Positions 24,747 through 28,794 of a stretch of DNA of 28,794 bases are shown in pieces. The first letter of the stretch is position 1. Every line of letters starts with the position of its first letter. A program made the position numbers and the translations under genes. This DNA is from a virus, in IMG/VR virus record IMGVR_UViG_3300025806_000010; one strand, written 5' to 3'. The notes under the pieces were generated by a model. That model did no database searches and was not told the origin of the DNA. It saw only the letters and a program-made list of their open reading frames with translations.

Positions 24747-24916
24747 TTGCTGAGAAGTGGGGGTGGTATTCTACGATCCATTTTCTTGCAGGGGGTGACC
24801 CGTTGAAAATAGAGGCGGCAACTGAAATTGAAATAGAATCGGCTTTTACGTTTTTATCTTATGAACAAGATAACAGTCGTAAAGACAAAGCACCTGACGT
24901 AAGCCAATACCGATGA
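24677..24916 (+). CDS. -1-frame extension (gpGT-like) of the preceding gene, or a 57-aa TTG-initiated ORF
   Basis: The -1 frame is open from 24635 to the TGA at 24914..24916 and has no ATG. It looks protein-like (EKWGWYSTIHFLAGGDPLKIEAATEIEIESAFTFLSYEQ). Its stop overlaps the next ATG (ATGA). Confidence 0.5.
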   Translation, partial: FVYRRDINERFSQLFSGGGEGNLIAEKWGWYSTIHFLAGGDPLKIEAATEIEIESAFTFLSYEQDNSRKDKAPDVSQYR

Positions 24917-25374
24917 AATCATACAAACAGATAGTAGAACTTTTAGAAAACATAGAAGAGAAGCACTTAATCCTTCAATCGTTTCATGCAGGACCTTTAG
25001 ACCAGGTTGATATTGCAAAACTCGGACAACCCGATTATCCACTTTTGTACTGCGAGATAATGGGGGTAACGATAGATAACGGAACGCTTACATACGACCT
25101 TGAATTGTTGGTGGCGGATATGATCCTACCCGACCTAAAGAATAGAACGCAAGTGTATTCAGATACCCTTCAACTACTTCACGATGTCTTAGACCAGTTT
25201 ATTCAATCTTTAGCGAATAGCAACACAACGGTAGATAACGACTACAAGTTTGACTTACCTGCTTCGTGTACACCTTTTACGGCACGATTCGATAACGAGC
25301 TTACGGGATGGAGTGGTTCTTTTTCTATTGAGGTGTCTAATTCTAACGACTTATGCATAGCACCATATGTCTAA
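24913..25374 (+). CDS. Virion structural protein (neck or tail-completion candidate)
   Basis: 153-aa ORF within the structural operon. No firm family. Confidence 0.35.
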   Translation: MKSYKQIVELLENIEEKHLILQSFHAGPLDQVDIAKLGQPDYPLLYCEIMGVTIDNGTLTYDLELLVADMILPDLKNRTQVYSDTLQLLHDVLDQFIQSLANSNTTVDNDYKFDLPASCTPFTARFDNELTGWSGSFSIEVSNSNDLCIAPYV

Positions 25375-25954
25375 ACCTACGATAGAAATAGGGGGTAAGA
25401 CATACCCAATGACTAATCTAAACAAGACACTTGAAAAGATAGGTAAGATGTGGCGCAAGAACGCGCGTATCTCTTTACGTATGCAAGGCAAAGTAAACAC
25501 GGGTGCTTTGTATGAATCTATCCCCGTTATTGTAGGGGAAGATGCAAATGAATATTATGTAAACATAACCCCTCAAGTTGATTACTGGGAGTTTGTAGAT
25601 AAGGGAGTACAAGGGGCAAGTAGAAATATCTTTGCAAGGCAGTCTGAATCGCCTTTTAAATTTGGTGCAAATAAAACGCGAGGCTTACGAGGTGGGATTG
25701 ATAAGTGGGTTATCCAAAAGGGCATACAAGGAACACGCGATGCACAAGGTAGATTTACCCCACGTAAGTCCTTAGTGTACGCTATTTCGAACGCAATATG
25801 GCATAGAGGGTTAAAGCCTTCTTTCTTTATTTCGGATACCTTAAAACGGCTTAAACCGAAAGCGATGCAATGGTTAGGGTTAGCGTTAGGTCAAGACATA
25901 GCCAACGCGATTAAAGAAAGTTTAACACTCAATAAAAATATAGAAGCGAAATGA
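25367..25954 (+). CDS. HK97 gp10-like head-tail joining or tail-completion protein
   Basis: GKVNTGALYESI...VDYWEFVDKGVQG resembles the gp10-family pattern (TG.L..SI ... YA..VE.G). Confidence 0.4.
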   Translation: MSKPTIEIGGKTYPMTNLNKTLEKIGKMWRKNARISLRMQGKVNTGALYESIPVIVGEDANEYYVNITPQVDYWEFVDKGVQGASRNIFARQSESPFKFGANKTRGLRGGIDKWVIQKGIQGTRDAQGRFTPRKSLVYAISNAIWHRGLKPSFFISDTLKRLKPKAMQWLGLALGQDIANAIKESLTLNKNIEAK

Positions 25955-27444
25955 GTATGACAAAAGAATATGGACCAAGTACGGGTTATGTACATGGTGC
26001 ATTTGAACCGATAACTTTTGTAGTAACATCTACGGAACAAGCAGGGGGAACTTTTTTTAAGTTTAAATACATAGCGGATATTTACGTAGAGAATACATCC
26101 TCACCCTATGCCTATACTTTACAAGCACGTATTAAAATCGAACCAAATGGAGCGGGGGCGGGAGTGTTTAGAGTAGATAAAATCATAGCGGATTACGTTG
26201 CTATAACTACGGGTGATTCTTCTACTTCGGCAGCAGGGTTTGTGAACGATACGATCCATACTGTAGGTTCTAACTCAACGACTAAAATTTGGGTAAATAA
26301 TGACGGTACAAACTACCGAAAAATTAAAGTAAACTTCGGGCAAGAATATTCCACTACTGCCACTACCGCACCAACTGAATATCTTGATGTTATCACTAAT
26401 GAGTATGTTAGTTGTGTTATGAGTGCAGGGATGCAAATGATTCCTACTTGGGATGAAGGTGGTAACTATACTTCTACGGGTAGCGATTACCTATCGGACT
26501 TTTGCCCTACCGCTTCCACTAAAAAAGCTTTAAGCGATAGACCAATATCTACCGAATACACATCTACTTCAGCATCTGATGTTAGTGTAATAAATCAAGA
26601 CGTAACGAATTTTGAGTGGCGCACTTTAGGGGTTCTTATGGACGACACTTCCCCAGTAGCTTCGGATGCGGTTAATTGCTTTGTATCGTTATTTGATTCA
26701 AGCGATTCAGTCCTCGATGCTAATTGGTTTATTGCAGGAACAAGCGGGGGAACTGCTCCTGCTGATTCAGACCAAGACTTTGAAAGGTTGCAATACGTAG
26801 GAATAGGACCAAGAAACTTAACCGCTCAAACAATAGATGCAGGATTTGCCACACACTTTAACGCGGGAACCGTAGCATACTACGAAGTGTTTTTTATGGA
26901 TAGTAGTGTTCTACCTGCAAATGCAACGACTGCTAATATGGCTTCGCTATGCTATCGCTTTACGGTTAAACCCGCTTCATGTATTTATAGAAACCTTAAC
27001 GGATCAAACAAATACAACTATGTAACTTTAGCATGGCAGAACTCTTTGGGTGCTTGGGATTACCAGGCGTTCGCTTTAAAGCATCAGAGAAGCACAAGCA
27101 ATATAGAACGCAAGACCTTTGACCAAGTAGCAGGGAATTGGGAAACAGCAAATACAAGCGTTCAATTTGCTTATCGTGGTGATGAAGGTGGGGTAACTAC
27201 AACTCAGATAGAAGCACGGCAAACGATGGTAGCTAATACGGATTTGTTTAACGAAGACGAAGTTGCTTTTTTAGAGAACCTTTGGCTATCCCCAAAAGTG
27301 CAACTGCTTAACTATGACGGGTCAGCTATCCCGATAACTTTAACGGATAAAAATTGGATACGTAAAAATAACCTGAACGAAGGGGGAGCGTTTACATACC
27401 AAGTATCTTTTGAATATGGTAAACAAAGACCAACGGTACGATGA
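25951..27444 (+). CDS. Tail or baseplate structural protein (497 aa, Dit-like candidate)
   Basis: Large Ser/Thr-rich ORF, coupled by ATGA overlaps at both ends and adjacent to the 1029-aa tail protein. Confidence 0.4.
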   Translation: MSMTKEYGPSTGYVHGAFEPITFVVTSTEQAGGTFFKFKYIADIYVENTSSPYAYTLQARIKIEPNGAGAGVFRVDKIIADYVAITTGDSSTSAAGFVNDTIHTVGSNSTTKIWVNNDGTNYRKIKVNFGQEYSTTATTAPTEYLDVITNEYVSCVMSAGMQMIPTWDEGGNYTSTGSDYLSDFCPTASTKKALSDRPISTEYTSTSASDVSVINQDVTNFEWRTLGVLMDDTSPVASDAVNCFVSLFDSSDSVLDANWFIAGTSGGTAPADSDQDFERLQYVGIGPRNLTAQTIDAGFATHFNAGTVAYYEVFFMDSSVLPANATTANMASLCYRFTVKPASCIYRNLNGSNKYNYVTLAWQNSLGAWDYQAFALKHQRSTSNIERKTFDQVAGNWETANTSVQFAYRGDEGGVTTTQIEARQTMVANTDLFNEDEVAFLENLWLSPKVQLLNYDGSAIPITLTDKNWIRKNNLNEGGAFTYQVSFEYGKQRPTVR

Positions 27445-28794
27445 TAGAACTATTTGCCTACGACCAAAGAAACAATAAACAATACCTTTTAGATATTGAA
27501 AACGCGGGGTCGGTTTCTTTAAATTACGAAGTAGGAAAAGCGGGTGATTTAGTTGGAAGGAATAGCCCTTATTCACAATCTTTCAATCTTCCTTTTTCTT
27601 CTTCTAACAATAAGTTCTTTCGTCAGTTTTACAATATCAATGTCCAAACGGATGTAGCTTTAGGTGCATCTTCCCAATCGGGATTTGATGCTGACATCAA
27701 AACAAACTGCGGTATTCACGTTGACGGCGTTCCTGTTATTAGCGGGACACTTCAGCTTATTAGTTGCTCCTTAGAACAACAGATTTATCAGATAGCCGTC
27801 TTAGGGAATGAGGCGAGTTTATTTCGTGCGATACAAGAGAAGAAACTAATAGACGCTTTTAATGATGGAGGTGTATTAGATACGTCTTATAACGTAAATG
27901 TCAGTGATGCTAACGTTATCGACTCTTGGACATTATCGAATGACGTAACACAAGGGGGCGTGGGTAATGGTATCATAATCTTTCCTATTATAGACTATGG
28001 AAATGTCGGTGATTACAACTTCATTTGGTTAGAAAATAACGGGTTTTTAAATCAAGGGTTAGCTGAAAGTAACTTTCTACAACCCCAAGACTTAAAACCC
28101 GCTATCCAATTGAAGGCGTTATTTGAGAAGATAATAAACGTAGCAGGGTTTACGCTAACTTCTAACGCCTTCCTAACAAGTGATGCTTTTACAAAAGCTT
28201 ATATGACGTTAGGAACGGATCGGGAAAGTATGGCTACAACAACCTTACACCAAAGCCAAGTAGCCAACACCGCATCTACAAACATCCAAACGTGGGGAGG
28301 TTTAGGGGTAGGCTTAAATACATGGCAATCTATTCTATTTCCTACTCAATCGGGTGCGGGGGCTTCAAGCAACCCGCCTTCTTTATATGATGTCAACGAT
28401 GATTGGAATGTCACGGGAACTTTTGTCTTTCCATATACGGGCGTTTATAACGGTGTATTTACCGCGACCTTTGATACTGGTCCTGCTTCCCTAACCAATG
28501 GAGCAACGGTTAAATTAGCTGTAGAAGGTTCTTTAGGGTCTGCTTCAACCTTTCTTTCCCCTAATATTGATTTAGCGGGAAACAATGGAGGGTCTGCGAT
28601 TATCTCTACCCACACTTTACTCTTTAACGTTACAGGTGTCGCGGGAGAAACGCTTGACGTTAAGGCTTTAGCCTACACAACAACTGGGTATAGCGTTAAT
28701 CTGTTAGCCGTTGGAACATATTGCACAATAGTTGGTGCGTCTTCTTTAGCGGGAGTATGTGATACCCCTGCAAATATGCCCGACATATCGCAAA
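27441..28794 (+). CDS. 5' part of the wrap-around 1029-aa tail or baseplate protein (continues at base 128)
   Basis: ATG at 27441 (ATGA overlap). I translated the frame through to 28794 and found no stop. It is in phase with 1..1863. N-terminus: MIELFAYDQRNNKQYLLDIENAGSVSLNYEVGKAGDLVGRNSPYSQSFNLPFSSSNNKFF. Confidence 0.6.
   Translation, partial: MIELFAYDQRNNKQYLLDIENAGSVSLNYEVGKAGDLVGRNSPYSQSFNLPFSSSNNKFFRQFYNINVQTDVALGASSQSGFDADIKTNCGIHVDGVPVISGTLQLISCSLEQQIYQIAVLGNEASLFRAIQEKKLIDAFNDGGVLDTSYNVNVSDANVIDSWTLSNDVTQGGVGNGIIIFPIIDYGNVGDYNFIWLENNGFLNQGLAESNFLQPQDLKPAIQLKALFEKIINVAGFTLTSNAFLTSDAFTKAYMTLGTDRESMATTTLHQSQVANTASTNIQTWGGLGVGLNTWQSILFPTQSGAGASSNPPSLYDVNDDWNVTGTFVFPYTGVYNGVFTATFDTGPASLTNGATVKLAVEGSLGSASTFLSPNIDLAGNNGGSAIISTHTLLFNVTGVAGETLDVKALAYTTTGYSVNLLAVGTYCTIVGASSLAGVCDTPANMPDISQ
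28668..28794. repeat. Terminal direct repeat, right copy (identical to 1..127)
   Basis: Exact 127-bp identity with the window start. Confidence 0.95.

Noticed and set aside
1-28794. Terminal 127-bp repeats read as LTRs or IRs of a mobile element, or as physical DTRs
   Set aside because: The repeats are direct and lie within a continuous coding frame. No transposase or integrase is present. Circular assembly overlap is the simpler explanation.

Overview
The window is a complete, circularly closed genome of a tailed dsDNA phage. Bases 1..127 are identical to 28668..28794, so the unique length is 28,667 bp. One large structural ORF reads in frame across that junction (27441..28794 joined to 1..1863).

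Gene layout:
- Coding density is very high, with many ATGA, ATGxTAA or GTGA start/stop overlaps.
- Genes are on the + strand except for a 3-kb minus-strand block (14522..17471) transcribed divergently from an AT-rich control region (17472..17609).

Recognisable modules:
- Packaging: TerS-like and PBSX-type TerL (22634..24129).
- Tail and neck genes: 24186..27444, then 27441..28794 continuing at 1..3695.
- Head: XkdF-like protease, acidic scaffold, HK97-fold capsid protein and a tube-like protein (3729..6811), closed by a strong terminator.
- A 1001-aa repeat-modular fibre (6905..9910).
- A portal with a MuF-like tail, and a connector (9907..12512).
- Lysis cassette: Amidase_2 endolysin plus small TM proteins (12668..13660).
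- A metallophosphoesterase.
- Minus-strand early block: C5-MTase, wHTH, Cys-rich peptide, ParB/DGQHR-like protein and small ORFs.
- DNA metabolism and regulation block (17610..22614): HTH protein, replication-organiser-like protein, DPPY methyltransferase, NinG-like protein, sigma-like protein, DnaA-domain-IV-like protein and a second ParB-like protein.

I saw no tRNA, rRNA, CRISPR array, integrase, transposase, DNA polymerase, helicase or primase. Gene starts have A-rich upstream contexts without Shine-Dalgarno motifs, which suggests a Bacteroidota (Flavobacteriia-like) host; this is inference only.

Most notable observations:
1. The C5-cytosine methyltransferase gene contains a second, fully nested same-strand ORF in the +1 frame. 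It is 238 codons open, or 199 aa from its first ATG. Its product looks like a real protein and carries the motif-IX-like MGFP..W element that frame 0 lacks.
2. A T9 slippery run lies at the end of a chaperone-like gene, followed by a start-less ORF in the -1 frame. This resembles the G/GT tail-chaperone frameshift.
3. The fibre is built from about 7 diverged jelly-roll or CBM-like modules plus 4 short N-terminal tandem repeats.
4. The portal protein appears to be fused to a MuF-like domain.

All family assignments come from motif recognition by eye and need HMM or structure confirmation.
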